From an uncultured Fibrobacteraceae bacterium (GTDB lineage: Bacteria; Krumholzibacteriota; Krumholzibacteriia; LZORAL124-64-63), in assembly GCA_964437115.1 (NCBI GenBank), contig CAYTFE010000001.1:169429-233428 (forward strand): a DNA stretch of 64,000 nt, in the 5' to 3' direction. The position numbers were made by a program, and so were the translations under genes. How positions within the stretch are numbered: position 1 is the first letter of the stretch; each line of letters opens with the position of its first letter. Positions 38,357-47,534 of the stretch are shown in pieces. The notes under the pieces were generated by a model. That model searched no databases and was not told the origin of the DNA. It saw nothing but the letters and a program-made list of their open reading frames with translations.

Positions 38357-38686
38357 ATGTCAGATTTCACTATGGAAATTACAGACGATAATTTTGAAGA
38401 AAGCGTTGTTAAATCAGATTTACCTGTAGTTATCGACTTTTGGGCACCATGGTGTGGCCCTTGTAAGTTATTAGCGCCTGTCATGGATCAGATTGCTGAA
38501 GAATATGCAGGGAAGATTTCTGTTGGAAAAATGGATATCGCCCAACATCAGTCTAAAGCAACTGAACTTGGTATCATGTCAATTCCAGCTTTGTTATTCT
38601 ATAAAGATGGCAAAGTAGTTGGATCAATGATTGGTAACCAGCCTAAAGACAATATCATTGCTAAAATCAACGAAATAATCGATTAA
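38357..38686 (+). CDS. trxA: Thioredoxin.
   Basis: WAPWCGPCK active site, 109 aa. Confidence 0.9.
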   Translation: MSDFTMEITDDNFEESVVKSDLPVVIDFWAPWCGPCKLLAPVMDQIAEEYAGKISVGKMDIAQHQSKATELGIMSIPALLFYKDGKVVGSMIGNQPKDNIIAKINEIID

Positions 38687-38797
38687 AATCATAGAGGAGT
38701 GCTTTCGCGTTTCTCTATAATTCACAGGTTAACATAATATACATTATGCGCAATACGCGAAGGTAAGTACTTAACCTGGTGGGTAGCTTTATGTTGA

Positions 38798-39151
38798 CTA
38801 TTTTACGGGTACTTTGTCTGCGAGATCATCAACAAATGGAATTGACCACTCTTCTCCTGAAAGACCTTTTACAAAGCCAATAACTGATATAGCCAGTAAG
38901 GCAATAAAACCAGCAAGATGCAATACAAAGCTTATCAGAAGTCCTAGAACAGGGATTGCACCAACAGTTGAATCAATGATGGATAAAACCAGCCAGAGAA
39001 TGATTTCTACAGTTAAAATTGCGAACCCTTGCTGACAGTGCCGAACTAAATATGGAGATTTTTCTTTAACAAGAAATACAGGTACTAAAACAAAAACAGA
39101 CAAATAACATACTGAACTTAACCATCGATCATTTGTGGTAACTGTAGACAT
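38798..39151 (-). CDS. Small multi-TM membrane protein (DUF4870-like).
   Basis: 117 aa with three or four hydrophobic helices. An N-terminal conserved block (CYLSVFVLVPVFLVKEKSPYLVRHCQQGFAIL) resembles the DUF4870 family. Confidence 0.45.
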   Translation of the reverse strand: MSTVTTNDRWLSSVCYLSVFVLVPVFLVKEKSPYLVRHCQQGFAILTVEIILWLVLSIIDSTVGAIPVLGLLISFVLHLAGFIALLAISVIGFVKGLSGEEWSIPFVDDLADKVPVK

Positions 39152-39281
39152 AGGGCCTCTCCTGTTTGTTGATTATTTATAAGTACTGGATAATAAGGAT
39201 TTTGACAATAGTTAACAGGGATATTATGAGAAATATTGCCAGTTTAATAACAACAGATTACTTTGAACGCAGGAGGAAATA

Positions 39282-39650
39282 ATGTCTGCGAAAGATCGAT
39301 TTAATAATGTTGATATTCTTGGATTGATACCAATTGCAAACTGCAAAAGTGTTGAAGAGTCTGGTGTAGTTAAATTATTGCTGCCCAGGTTCACGGGTAT
39401 ACTATTAGGGAAATTCCTTCAGCCCAGACTTCCAGATAATAGAGCATGGATCAAAGTTAAACTTGATGCTAGAGGTGTAACAATATGGGGTGCAATCAAT
39501 AAAGGCATGACAGTGAAAGCTATTATTCAAATATTCATAAACAATAATCCAGATGACAGTGAGCAAGCTAGTGATCGTGTGTGGCAATATTTACTGCACA
39601 TGGAAAGAAATGGCATGATTACAATACAAGAAAAAAGGACAGCTGGATAA
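39282..39650 (+). CDS. PqqD-like (RRE-fold) protein, solitary.
   Basis: C-terminal ...GVTIWGAINKGMTVKAIIQIFINN...VWQYLLHMERNGMITI matches the PqqD/RiPP-recognition-element pattern. AGGAGG SD. An 18-codon upstream ORF ends in a TAATG overlap with this start. Confidence 0.45.
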   Translation: MSAKDRFNNVDILGLIPIANCKSVEESGVVKLLLPRFTGILLGKFLQPRLPDNRAWIKVKLDARGVTIWGAINKGMTVKAIIQIFINNNPDDSEQASDRVWQYLLHMERNGMITIQEKRTAG

Positions 39651-39670
39651 GGAAGCTGCCCTCTTGCAAA

Positions 39671-39747
39671 TGGTACCCCTGACAGGAATTGAACCTGTGG
39701 CCCCTGGTTTAGGAAACCAGTGCTCTATCCAACTGAGCTACAGGGGC
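39671..39747 (-). tRNA. tRNA-Arg (CCT)
   Basis: Reverse complement reads gcccctgtagctcagttggatagagcactggtttCCTaaaccaggggccacaggttcaattcctgtcaggggtacca. Anticodon loop ttCCTaa, CCA encoded. Confidence 0.85.
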
Positions 39748-39819
39748 TTCAATGAGAAATAACGATTATTTGCAATATTTAACCAATACGATTCATCGGT
39801 GAAGGCCAGAATAGAAAAA

Positions 39820-40353
39820 CTAGATGTCATTACCGTATTTGACAAGTGAAAATATTGGATAATTTGAAAGAACCTTACTGCCGGGCAAATCGCACAGCTC
39901 AACTAGAAACAAACAACCGATGACAACTCCCCCGAGATCTTCACAAAGCTCTGCAGAAGCGGCTACTGTTCCACCTGTGGCAAGTAGATCATCAACTAAT
40001 AAACATTTATCTCCAGGCTTGAGAGCATCGTTATGCAGCTCCAGGGTAGCTTCTCCATATTCCAACTGATAAGTTTTTTGGATAACTGCGGCTGGAAGCT
40101 TCCCAGGCTTGCGAAGTACTGATAAAGGCTTACTGAGTCTGTCCGCCAAAGGTGCTCCAAACAAGAAACCCCTTGATTCAATTGCAACGATTATGTCGAA
40201 ATCAACATCCTGGATGATTTTCTCAAACTCATCCAAAGCATGTTTGAAAGCATCGTTATTTTGCAGGACAGGTGTTATGTCCTTGAATTGTATTCCTGGA
40301 TTTGGAAAATCAGGAATATTCCTGATTACTTTTTCAAGATCCATGTCAATCAC
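39820..40353 (-). CDS. apt: Adenine phosphoribosyltransferase.
   Basis: PRTase motif LLVDDLLATGGT, 177 aa. Confidence 0.9.
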   Translation of the reverse strand: MIDMDLEKVIRNIPDFPNPGIQFKDITPVLQNNDAFKHALDEFEKIIQDVDFDIIVAIESRGFLFGAPLADRLSKPLSVLRKPGKLPAAVIQKTYQLEYGEATLELHNDALKPGDKCLLVDDLLATGGTVAASAELCEDLGGVVIGCLFLVELCDLPGSKVLSNYPIFSLVKYGNDI

Positions 40354-40356
40354 CTT

Positions 40357-41022
40357 TCAGCGCAGCAGTCGTGCTGGGTTTATGGCCTTGTTATTTTTCC
40401 GGAGCTCAATATGCAGATATGGAGTGCTGCCAACAATTGGGCTATCGGTGACGCCTAAGCTATCTCCGCGTAACACAATCTGGTTTATTTTAACTCTGTT
40501 GGAGCCAGAAGCAAGAGGTCCAATTACTGAAGCATATTTTCCACCATGCTCAATAATGATGACATTGCCATAGCCCTCTTGAGTACCAATGTATCGGATA
40601 ATCCCATCAGCTGGTGAGTATACTTTTGTTCCAACTGGAGTGCTAATGTCTGTTCCAGAATAAGGAATTTTCAGCCATTTGGTTGGTGACTTTGTGCCAA
40701 AGGTTCGTTCAATATTTCCGGTTGTCCCTTTGAAAGGTTTTGACCATACAATTTTGGAGCCGGATATTTTGTGCATAGGATTTGGAATACGAAGGCTGTC
40801 TCCCGGATGAATCACATCACCTTTTATTCTGTTGGCTTTGCGAATCTCTGAAATCGAAACGCCAGAATGTGAGGCTATTCTACCTAGGGAATCACCATTT
40901 CGGACAGAGTAAAAGCCGTCTGAATCCTGAGTTGCATTTATAGGACTTGCTAACAGAAGAACGAATATAATTGCTGTACTGGCAAAAAAAGAAATATTGG
41001 CAGTTTTCATTAAAGATTCCAA
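40357..41022 (-). CDS. LysM-domain M23 family metallopeptidase.
   Basis: Signal peptide, LysM (YSVRNGDSLGRIA...), and an M23 HxH region (TPYLHIELR) with H...D ligands. Confidence 0.8.
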   Translation of the reverse strand: MESLMKTANISFFASTAIIFVLLLASPINATQDSDGFYSVRNGDSLGRIASHSGVSISEIRKANRIKGDVIHPGDSLRIPNPMHKISGSKIVWSKPFKGTTGNIERTFGTKSPTKWLKIPYSGTDISTPVGTKVYSPADGIIRYIGTQEGYGNVIIIEHGGKYASVIGPLASGSNRVKINQIVLRGDSLGVTDSPIVGSTPYLHIELRKNNKAINPARLLR

Positions 41023-41516
41023 AGTTTAAGTACTCCCATGGATCCAAGTGACATAATTACACCAGCAATGCAGATTCCAAGAATGACACATGGTACTGCC
41101 GTCCGCAAGGGTATCTTGAACAGGTAAGCAGCAACAGACCCAGTCCAGGCTCCGGTCATTGGAGCCGGAATGGCTACAAATAATATCAGCCCCAGAGCTT
41201 TATATTTGTTAATTAATTTACTGCGATTAGTTGTACGTTTGAACAACCAGGTAAGAAAACGATCTGCTATTGGGTATTTTCGGAGATTTCGGTCAGCCGG
41301 ACTCAGTAATAATAAAATGGGATAAACAGGAACAAAGTTTCCACAGATGGCGATAAAATATGTCAAAAAAGGATGGGTGTTTCCAAAATTATTAGCCAAT
41401 GGAGACCATGCATATGGAATCGCTCCCCTGAGTTCAAATATAGGTAACATTGCTATCAAAAAAGTAGCTACCGGGGGTGGTAATTGTTGGCATTGTTCTA
41501 TGATTGCATCGCGCAT
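41010..41516 (-). CDS. Small multidrug-export-family membrane protein (COG2426/Sm_multidrug_ex-like).
   Basis: LPIFELRGAIPYA motif near the N-terminus and four or five TM helices. Confidence 0.55.
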   Translation of the reverse strand: MRDAIIEQCQQLPPPVATFLIAMLPIFELRGAIPYAWSPLANNFGNTHPFLTYFIAICGNFVPVYPILLLLSPADRNLRKYPIADRFLTWLFKRTTNRSKLINKYKALGLILFVAIPAPMTGAWTGSVAAYLFKIPLRTAVPCVILGICIAGVIMSLGSMGVLKLWNL

Positions 41517-41599
41517 CGTGGTTAATCTTTCAGTCTAAAGCTTGTTGGTTGTTGTTAATCTGGAACACTGAAATGATTATATCATTCCATACTATTTTG

Positions 41600-42379
41600 T
41601 CACTGAGGTAATACCAGAGGTCCAGTGAAGTTTAATTCTTTTAAGGTTTCAACACTTTTCAGGCAAGTCATGTCAACGCAAAGTGGGGTCATTACAATGA
41701 ATCCGTTGATGTTCAATGTTGCATCAGTGTCTGGTGCCTTGTCCCAAGTCGGGCCACTGCCAGCAATCCAGATATATGGTTTGCCGCGGGGATCTTGCTG
41801 CTCAGTAATTGCGTCCTCATATATTCTGCTGCCTAGTCTGGTTGAACGAAGCCCTTTAATGTCATTTATCGGCAGATCGGGAATATTTATATTCAGAAGT
41901 GTTCCTTTTGCTTGAGGCAAGTTCATGATATCCAAAAACTTTGTTTGAATAAATGCGCTGCAAGTTTCCCAATGTTTTGGTGTCCAGTTGTTATTAGAGA
42001 TCGCAAAACTGGGCAAGCCAAGAATTGCACCTTCAAGAGCAGCAGCTACTGTACCAGAATACGTAACATCCTCTCCCATATTCGCACCGTGGTTGATTCC
42101 GCTGATTACCAGGTCAGGTCGATCATCTTTCAAAATATGTTGGACAGCAATCAGGACACAGTCTGTGGGAGTTCCAGAAACAGAATATCGATTTGGACCG
42201 TGCTCAGCAATTCTGACAGGGTCGTGAATGGTAAGAGAATGACTGGACGCACTTTGTTGATCGAGAGGTGCTACAGTTGTTGTGCGGACATCGGGTATTT
42301 TGGAAAAAGCTTCTTCAAGTACAGCCAGACCTTTGGCATTAATGCCGTCATCATTGCTTAGCAAAATGTGTTTCATCAA
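41600..42379 (-). CDS. surE: 5'/3'-nucleotidase SurE.
   Basis: ILLSNDDGINAKGL N-terminus and GINHGANMG motif. Confidence 0.9.
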   Translation of the reverse strand: MMKHILLSNDDGINAKGLAVLEEAFSKIPDVRTTTVAPLDQQSASSHSLTIHDPVRIAEHGPNRYSVSGTPTDCVLIAVQHILKDDRPDLVISGINHGANMGEDVTYSGTVAAALEGAILGLPSFAISNNNWTPKHWETCSAFIQTKFLDIMNLPQAKGTLLNINIPDLPINDIKGLRSTRLGSRIYEDAITEQQDPRGKPYIWIAGSGPTWDKAPDTDATLNINGFIVMTPLCVDMTCLKSVETLKELNFTGPLVLPQ

Positions 42380-43068
42380 CTTTTACTCCTGAAAAGTTTG
42401 TCGATATATAGTTTCCCCATGAGACGGAAAAATCGGAAAGTATCACGTGTTTTATTAATAGAACTCTGTTCATCACCATAGACAGTAGTAATAGGGACTG
42501 AACCGATGGAAGCTCCAGACCAGGCCAATTTCACCAGAATCTCAGATTCAAGATCATAATTAGTAGATTTCAAAACCAGGTTTTCCAGAGTAGTTGCTTT
42601 GAACAATCTATATCCATTTTGTGAGTCCGGGATATTGACACCAGAAACTCTACTTACAACCCAGCTGGTAAATATATTGGTTACTTTTCGTAGCCATGGC
42701 ATGTTTTCGTTATCATCCATTCTGGTACCGATAACAACATCATGTTTGTTGTCTTCAACTGACTGAACAAATCGATACAATTCACCAGGAAGGTGTTGTC
42801 CATCCGAGTCCATTGTAAAAACCCAATCAATGTCATTATTGTTAACAAAATTGAAGCCCGTTATCAAAGCAGCACCTTTACCTTTATTTACCGGGTGCTT
42901 GATGAGCTTGGCATTGTGCAACTCTGCAACTTCAGCTGTGTTGTCCGAACTACCATCATCAATAACCAGAGGAATAAAATCAGGATGAAGCTCAATAATT
43001 TCATCGATAACTTTGCCCAGGAATCGACCGGCATTATAGGCAGGTAAAATTACAATTGTTTTACTCAA
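42376..43068 (-). CDS. GT2 polyprenyl-phosphate glycosyltransferase (Dpm1/ArnC-like).
   Basis: VILPAYNA, DDGSSDNT and DSDGQH motifs. 230 aa with no TM. Its stop overlaps the surE start. Confidence 0.75.
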   Translation of the reverse strand: MSKTIVILPAYNAGRFLGKVIDEIIELHPDFIPLVIDDGSSDNTAEVAELHNAKLIKHPVNKGKGAALITGFNFVNNNDIDWVFTMDSDGQHLPGELYRFVQSVEDNKHDVVIGTRMDDNENMPWLRKVTNIFTSWVVSRVSGVNIPDSQNGYRLFKATTLENLVLKSTNYDLESEILVKLAWSGASIGSVPITTVYGDEQSSINKTRDTFRFFRLMGKLYIDKLFRSKS

Positions 43069-43945
43069 CTGGTCTCTCCTTGTTTAAGACAGGTTCAAAA
43101 ACGGTCCAGTATTCTGGTCTGGAGGCAATGATATCTTCAATGTGTGTAAAACACAATTGTTCAGTTGCAGAATCATTGTCACAAAGATCGATTGGAGATG
43201 AAAAGATCAGTTGGGAGTCAAGTGCTCCAGATTGTCTCAGATGTTGAGAAGGAACAATTATGGAGTTTGTTGCTCTTGCAAGTTTAAAATAACCTGTGGG
43301 AAGTATAGCAGAAGCACCAAGAATATTGATGGCTTCCCCGTGGCCAGTAAAATCTCTATCCCCGAGTACAGCAAGATGGCCACCAGAATTCAAATGTCTG
43401 AATAAGGTTAGTGGGTTTTCGCCGATAGTATAAATTTTAATTCCAAGTTTCAGGCGAGTCTCGTTGAACAGATCATTAATAAGAGGATTCGGGTGAGGCT
43501 GAACAATGACCATCAGGGGTTGTCCCATGGCAACCAGTTTTGCTGCAGACAGTTCCCAATTCCCACTGTGTGCCGATAGATATATTACTCCACGCTTATG
43601 ATGACTAATATTTGCCGTCCCTTTTACAGAAACCGACTCAACTAATTCATCGGGCTCGCCTGCAGACATAGTTAAAAATTCAGCGACAGTTTGACTGAAT
43701 GCAATAAATGGTTCAAGGGATGAGTAGGAATCATCATTATTGAATTCTGAAATTATCGACAGGTTATTTTCAACCGCATTATTTTCCTTGGCATGAGTAG
43801 CTTTAAAACAGCGTGCATTCAATGTAGATAAATAGTTGGACCGATCAAGCGACAAATGACTAGCAAGAAATTTACCTGCAAGGTACAGATAGTAGCTGAA
43901 TATAGTTTCTTTGCGGTGAGTGTTAGTATTTGCGGATCGATTCAT
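43061..43945 (-). CDS. LpxL/HtrB-family lipid A (Kdo2-lipid IVA) late acyltransferase-like.
   Basis: HSGNWE (Hx4D/E) acyltransferase motif, about 294 aa. Overlaps the GT2 start by 8 nt. Confidence 0.65.
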   Translation of the reverse strand: MNRSANTNTHRKETIFSYYLYLAGKFLASHLSLDRSNYLSTLNARCFKATHAKENNAVENNLSIISEFNNDDSYSSLEPFIAFSQTVAEFLTMSAGEPDELVESVSVKGTANISHHKRGVIYLSAHSGNWELSAAKLVAMGQPLMVIVQPHPNPLINDLFNETRLKLGIKIYTIGENPLTLFRHLNSGGHLAVLGDRDFTGHGEAINILGASAILPTGYFKLARATNSIIVPSQHLRQSGALDSQLIFSSPIDLCDNDSATEQLCFTHIEDIIASRPEYWTVFEPVLNKERPVE

Positions 43946-43962
43946 AAGACCGGAATTTGATT

Positions 43963-44040
43963 ATGGTCGGGGCGGCGGGATTTGAACCCACGACCCCTTG
44001 CACCCCATGCAAGTACGCTACCGGACTGCGCTACGCCCCG
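43963..44040 (-). tRNA. tRNA-Pro (GGG)
   Basis: Reverse complement reads cggggcgtagcgcagtccggtagcgtacttgcatGGGgtgcaaggggtcgtgggttcaaatcccgccgccccgacca. C1:G72 pair typical of tRNA-Pro, G37, CCA encoded. Confidence 0.85.
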
Positions 44041-44101
44041 ACCTTGGCCACAATGTAATACAGATAGATTATGCAAACAAGTTACAGTGGAACCAAGGGA
44101 T

Positions 44102-44482
44102 CTATTTACTGCTACCTGATTCATCGGCACCAAGTTCCTGGACAAGTTTAAGGATTTCAGAAAGCTTTTGTTTTAGTTGAGCATTGTCAGATGTAGTTGC
44201 TGGCCTATCAGCTATTTGTGTTTCATCATTACGAAGTTCAGATATTTCACGGCGACGCATTTTCCTAGCGCCTTCAATTTTGTAGCCTTGCTCATGAAGA
44301 AGACGCCGGATTGCAGCAATTTCTTCAATATCTTTTTTTTGATAAGTTCTGGTTCCTGAACGTGACCGTTTAGGTTTTAAGGTTGGGAACTCACTTTCCC
44401 AATATCTCAAAACATGTGGTTCAATACCAGTGTATTCAGCAATCTCGCTTATTGAGTAGTACATTTTGTCAGGCAATTCCAT
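44102..44482 (-). CDS. MerR-family transcriptional regulator.
   Basis: N-terminal [24 protein letters not shown], typical of MerR. Confidence 0.7.
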   Translation of the reverse strand: MELPDKMYYSISEIAEYTGIEPHVLRYWESEFPTLKPKRSRSGTRTYQKKDIEEIAAIRRLLHEQGYKIEGARKMRRREISELRNDETQIADRPATTSDNAQLKQKLSEILKLVQELGADESGSSK

Positions 44483-44487
44483 AATTC

Positions 44488-45492
44488 TTATTCAGCTTTC
44501 AAAGTTCGATCCATCAGATCCTTGATAGCTATCTCAGGATCTTTGCCCTGGAACAGCACATTGTAAACTTCAGTTGATATTGGAAGTTCCAGCGAGTGTT
44601 GTTTACTTAACTTCAATGCAGCTTCGGTCATTACAACACCTTCAACAATCTGAATAGATTTGTTGAGAATGTCATCAGGTGAGATGTTTTCACTGACAAC
44701 AGATTCACCAAAATTCCTGTTCCTTGAATGTCGACTGGTACAAGTTGTAATCATATCGCCAATTCCAGCAAGCCCGTAAAATGTTGCATTATTTCCGCCG
44801 AGAACAGAGCCAAGTTGCGTGAGTTCTGCAATTCCACGAGTCATCAGGGCGCCACGGATGTTGTCTCCATATCCGAGGCCATCACAAATACCTGTTGCAA
44901 TAGCCAAGACATTCTTAAATGCTGAAGATATTTCAACTCCGATAATGTCATGGTTGGTATACACTCTGAATCTATCAGTACTGAGCTTCTTTTGCCATTG
45001 ATGCCAAAGCTCGCTTGTGCCTGCGAGAACTAAAGCAGCTGGGTGATCTAGAGCTACTTCTTCTGCATGACTAGGGCCAAGTAATACTCCAACTGGATGA
45101 TTGTTTCCAGCATCATCAGTAGCAACTTCTTCCGAAATTACTTCACTCATACGTTGCAAAGTACTGAGCTCAAGGCCTTTAGACATGCTGATAACAGGAA
45201 TATCATTTTTGATGACACATTTACTGAGTTGAGCAGATACAGATCGCGTGACCTGACTCGGGGTCACGATGAATATCGCATCGGCATTAGGAGTTGCGGA
45301 TTCAAGGTCAAGAGTTGCTGAAATATTTTCCGGTAGTTTAATTTCGGGAAGGAAACTATGATTGCAGTGTGAGTTGATGGCTTCTACCTGGGAGGCTTCA
45401 ATCCCCCACATAACAACTTCATTCCAGTTTTTAGAAAGATGTAGCGCAAATGCTGTACCCCAACTACCTGTACCTAGAATAAGTGCATTCAT
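44488..45492 (-). CDS. gpsA: NAD(P)H-dependent glycerol-3-phosphate dehydrogenase.
   Basis: LGTGSWGTAFA NAD motif and GxxxN...KGLE blocks. Confidence 0.9.
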   Translation of the reverse strand: MNALILGTGSWGTAFALHLSKNWNEVVMWGIEASQVEAINSHCNHSFLPEIKLPENISATLDLESATPNADAIFIVTPSQVTRSVSAQLSKCVIKNDIPVISMSKGLELSTLQRMSEVISEEVATDDAGNNHPVGVLLGPSHAEEVALDHPAALVLAGTSELWHQWQKKLSTDRFRVYTNHDIIGVEISSAFKNVLAIATGICDGLGYGDNIRGALMTRGIAELTQLGSVLGGNNATFYGLAGIGDMITTCTSRHSRNRNFGESVVSENISPDDILNKSIQIVEGVVMTEAALKLSKQHSLELPISTEVYNVLFQGKDPEIAIKDLMDRTLKAE

Positions 45493-46145
45493 TTTTCTTC
45501 TCCTTCGTCATTATCAGGTGCTGCCAGTTTGCTTTCAGTTCCATCTTTCAATCTTCTGAGATTTGATCGATGTTTGAAAACAACCAGGCTGCAAAGGGCG
45601 AGAATAAACAAGAAGATTATAAGCGAAAAGTTTCCGGTTTTAAGTTGTACAAAAAGTGTTACAAAAGGCATTACACTTACCGCGCTGATCGAAGCAAGAG
45701 ATACTACTCTTGTGAACATCATGACAGAAGCAAATACGCCCAGTGAAATTAAAGCTGGGTATGTTGCAAGCACAAGACAGGCACCACATGAAGTTGCAAC
45801 ACCTTTGCCACCTTTAAAACCTGAGAAGGGTGATATTGTGTGGCCAAATACAACTGAAATTGCAGCGAGCAGTAAAATTAGATCGACATGAATAATTGGT
45901 TCATTGACGAATATTGAATGAATAAGCTGAGTAAGAAGTACTGCAGCCGCGCCTTTTCCTATGTCTAACATCAGAACAACGGCACCCCAAAACGGTCCAA
46001 GGTTTCTGAAAACATTTGTAGCTCCGAGATTGCCACTACCGCATTCACGCAGATCAATTCCCTTACGTGCTTTTCCTGCAATCAGGCTGAATGGTATAGC
46101 ACCTAGCATGAATGAAAGAAAAAGTGAAGCAATTGAATAAGACAT
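45489..46145 (-). CDS. plsY: Glycerol-3-phosphate acyltransferase PlsY.
   Basis: Multi-TM protein with GSGNLGATNVFR and GGKGVAT motifs. Overlaps the gpsA start by 4 nt. Confidence 0.9.
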   Translation of the reverse strand: MSYSIASLFLSFMLGAIPFSLIAGKARKGIDLRECGSGNLGATNVFRNLGPFWGAVVLMLDIGKGAAAVLLTQLIHSIFVNEPIIHVDLILLLAAISVVFGHTISPFSGFKGGKGVATSCGACLVLATYPALISLGVFASVMMFTRVVSLASISAVSVMPFVTLFVQLKTGNFSLIIFLFILALCSLVVFKHRSNLRRLKDGTESKLAAPDNDEGEEK

Positions 46146-46156
46146 GATCCCCCCGA

Positions 46157-47467
46157 TTAGTGTTTCTTCATTTTAACGAATATTCGGTTCCCAATGAATT
46201 TGTAATGTTCTCTTATCTGATTGTTAATAAACCGCAGATAGTTTCGTGCAAAAAACTTGGGGTTGTTCACAGATAATACAATTACCGGTGGCTCAGTTGA
46301 GGCTTGAGTTGCAAAATAGATTTTACCTGTTCCGCCTGATTGGAATCGAGCAGGTTGACGGGCAGTTATCTGCTCGATGAATGAGTTCAGTTCACTTGTA
46401 TCGATTCTTTTTTTTCTGTACTGCTGAACATCCCATACCATTTCCATAATTCTACCACTTCGCTGTTTAGTAAGTGCAGACAGCGTGAACCAAGGTGCGT
46501 ATGGGAGGAATGGGATTTCCTTGCAGAACCTTTCCCACATGCCAATATGGGTAGACTGGTCTTTTTCAATAAGATCCCATTTGTTAAATGCAACAACGAC
46601 ACCTTTACCACTGTTATGAATCAGACCGGCAATTTTTGAATCCTGGGCAACCGGACCGGCTTCAGCATCGATAACAAGTAACGCGATATCACATTGCTCC
46701 AATGCACGGACAGTTCGCATGTTGCTGAAAGCTTCAACTGCTTCATCCACACGGGATTTTCTCCTCAACCCAGCAGTATCTATTAAACGGATTGTATTGC
46801 CGTGCCATTTGATGTCGGTGTGAATTGAATCACGGGTTGTACCTGGTATATCACTGACAATAGCATCTTCTTTTCCAGTAAGTAGATTCAGGATGGTACT
46901 TTTGCCAACATTTGGTCGACCAAGAATAGCGACTTTACAATCACAAGGATGCTCTTCAGTACCTTCAGGGAAGCCATCAACTACCCGGTCCAGCAGGTCA
47001 CCAATATTGTGTCCATGCAAAGCACTGATTGAAAATGGGTCACCGAGCCCGAGTGAATTGAACTCATGAGCTGCGTAATGATGGTGTTCTTTCTCAACTT
47101 TATTTACAGCTACTACAACAGGTTTACCAGTGCGGCGTAGATGTTGAGCGATTGCATCGTCCCAGGTGGATAGTCCACCAGTTACATCGACTAGAAACAC
47201 AACAACATCTGCCTCATCGATTGAATCTTTGGCAACTTGCGTGACAACTTTATCAAATCTGGATACTTCATCGCCAAAAGGAACGATTCCACCAGTGTCG
47301 AGCAAATAAAATTGATGGCCGGCCCAATCGGTAATTTCCGATATACGATCCCGGGTAACACCTGCAGTTTCATGAACAACAGAGCGTCGACTTCCTAGTA
47401 TTCTATTAAACAATGTAGATTTACCTACATTTGGTCTACCAACGATGACAACTGTCTTGAGGGACAA
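46157..47467 (-). CDS. der: Ribosome-biogenesis GTPase Der (EngA), two GTPase domains plus KH-like C-terminus.
   Basis: Two G1 motifs (GRPNVGKST twice) and two DTAG/DTGG motifs. Confidence 0.95.
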   Translation of the reverse strand: MSLKTVVIVGRPNVGKSTLFNRILGSRRSVVHETAGVTRDRISEITDWAGHQFYLLDTGGIVPFGDEVSRFDKVVTQVAKDSIDEADVVVFLVDVTGGLSTWDDAIAQHLRRTGKPVVVAVNKVEKEHHHYAAHEFNSLGLGDPFSISALHGHNIGDLLDRVVDGFPEGTEEHPCDCKVAILGRPNVGKSTILNLLTGKEDAIVSDIPGTTRDSIHTDIKWHGNTIRLIDTAGLRRKSRVDEAVEAFSNMRTVRALEQCDIALLVIDAEAGPVAQDSKIAGLIHNSGKGVVVAFNKWDLIEKDQSTHIGMWERFCKEIPFLPYAPWFTLSALTKQRSGRIMEMVWDVQQYRKKRIDTSELNSFIEQITARQPARFQSGGTGKIYFATQASTEPPVIVLSVNNPKFFARNYLRFINNQIREHYKFIGNRIFVKMKKH

Positions 47468-47534
47468 GGTTCTACTCCTACTTTAGCAGTATTGCGCAAC
47501 TGCTTGTAAATCAGTGAGATGTGACTTGGTGAAG

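Noticed and set aside
43942-44180. Small ORFs (67 aa minus strand, 60 aa plus strand) over tRNA-Pro.
   Set aside because: They overlap the tRNA gene. Spurious.
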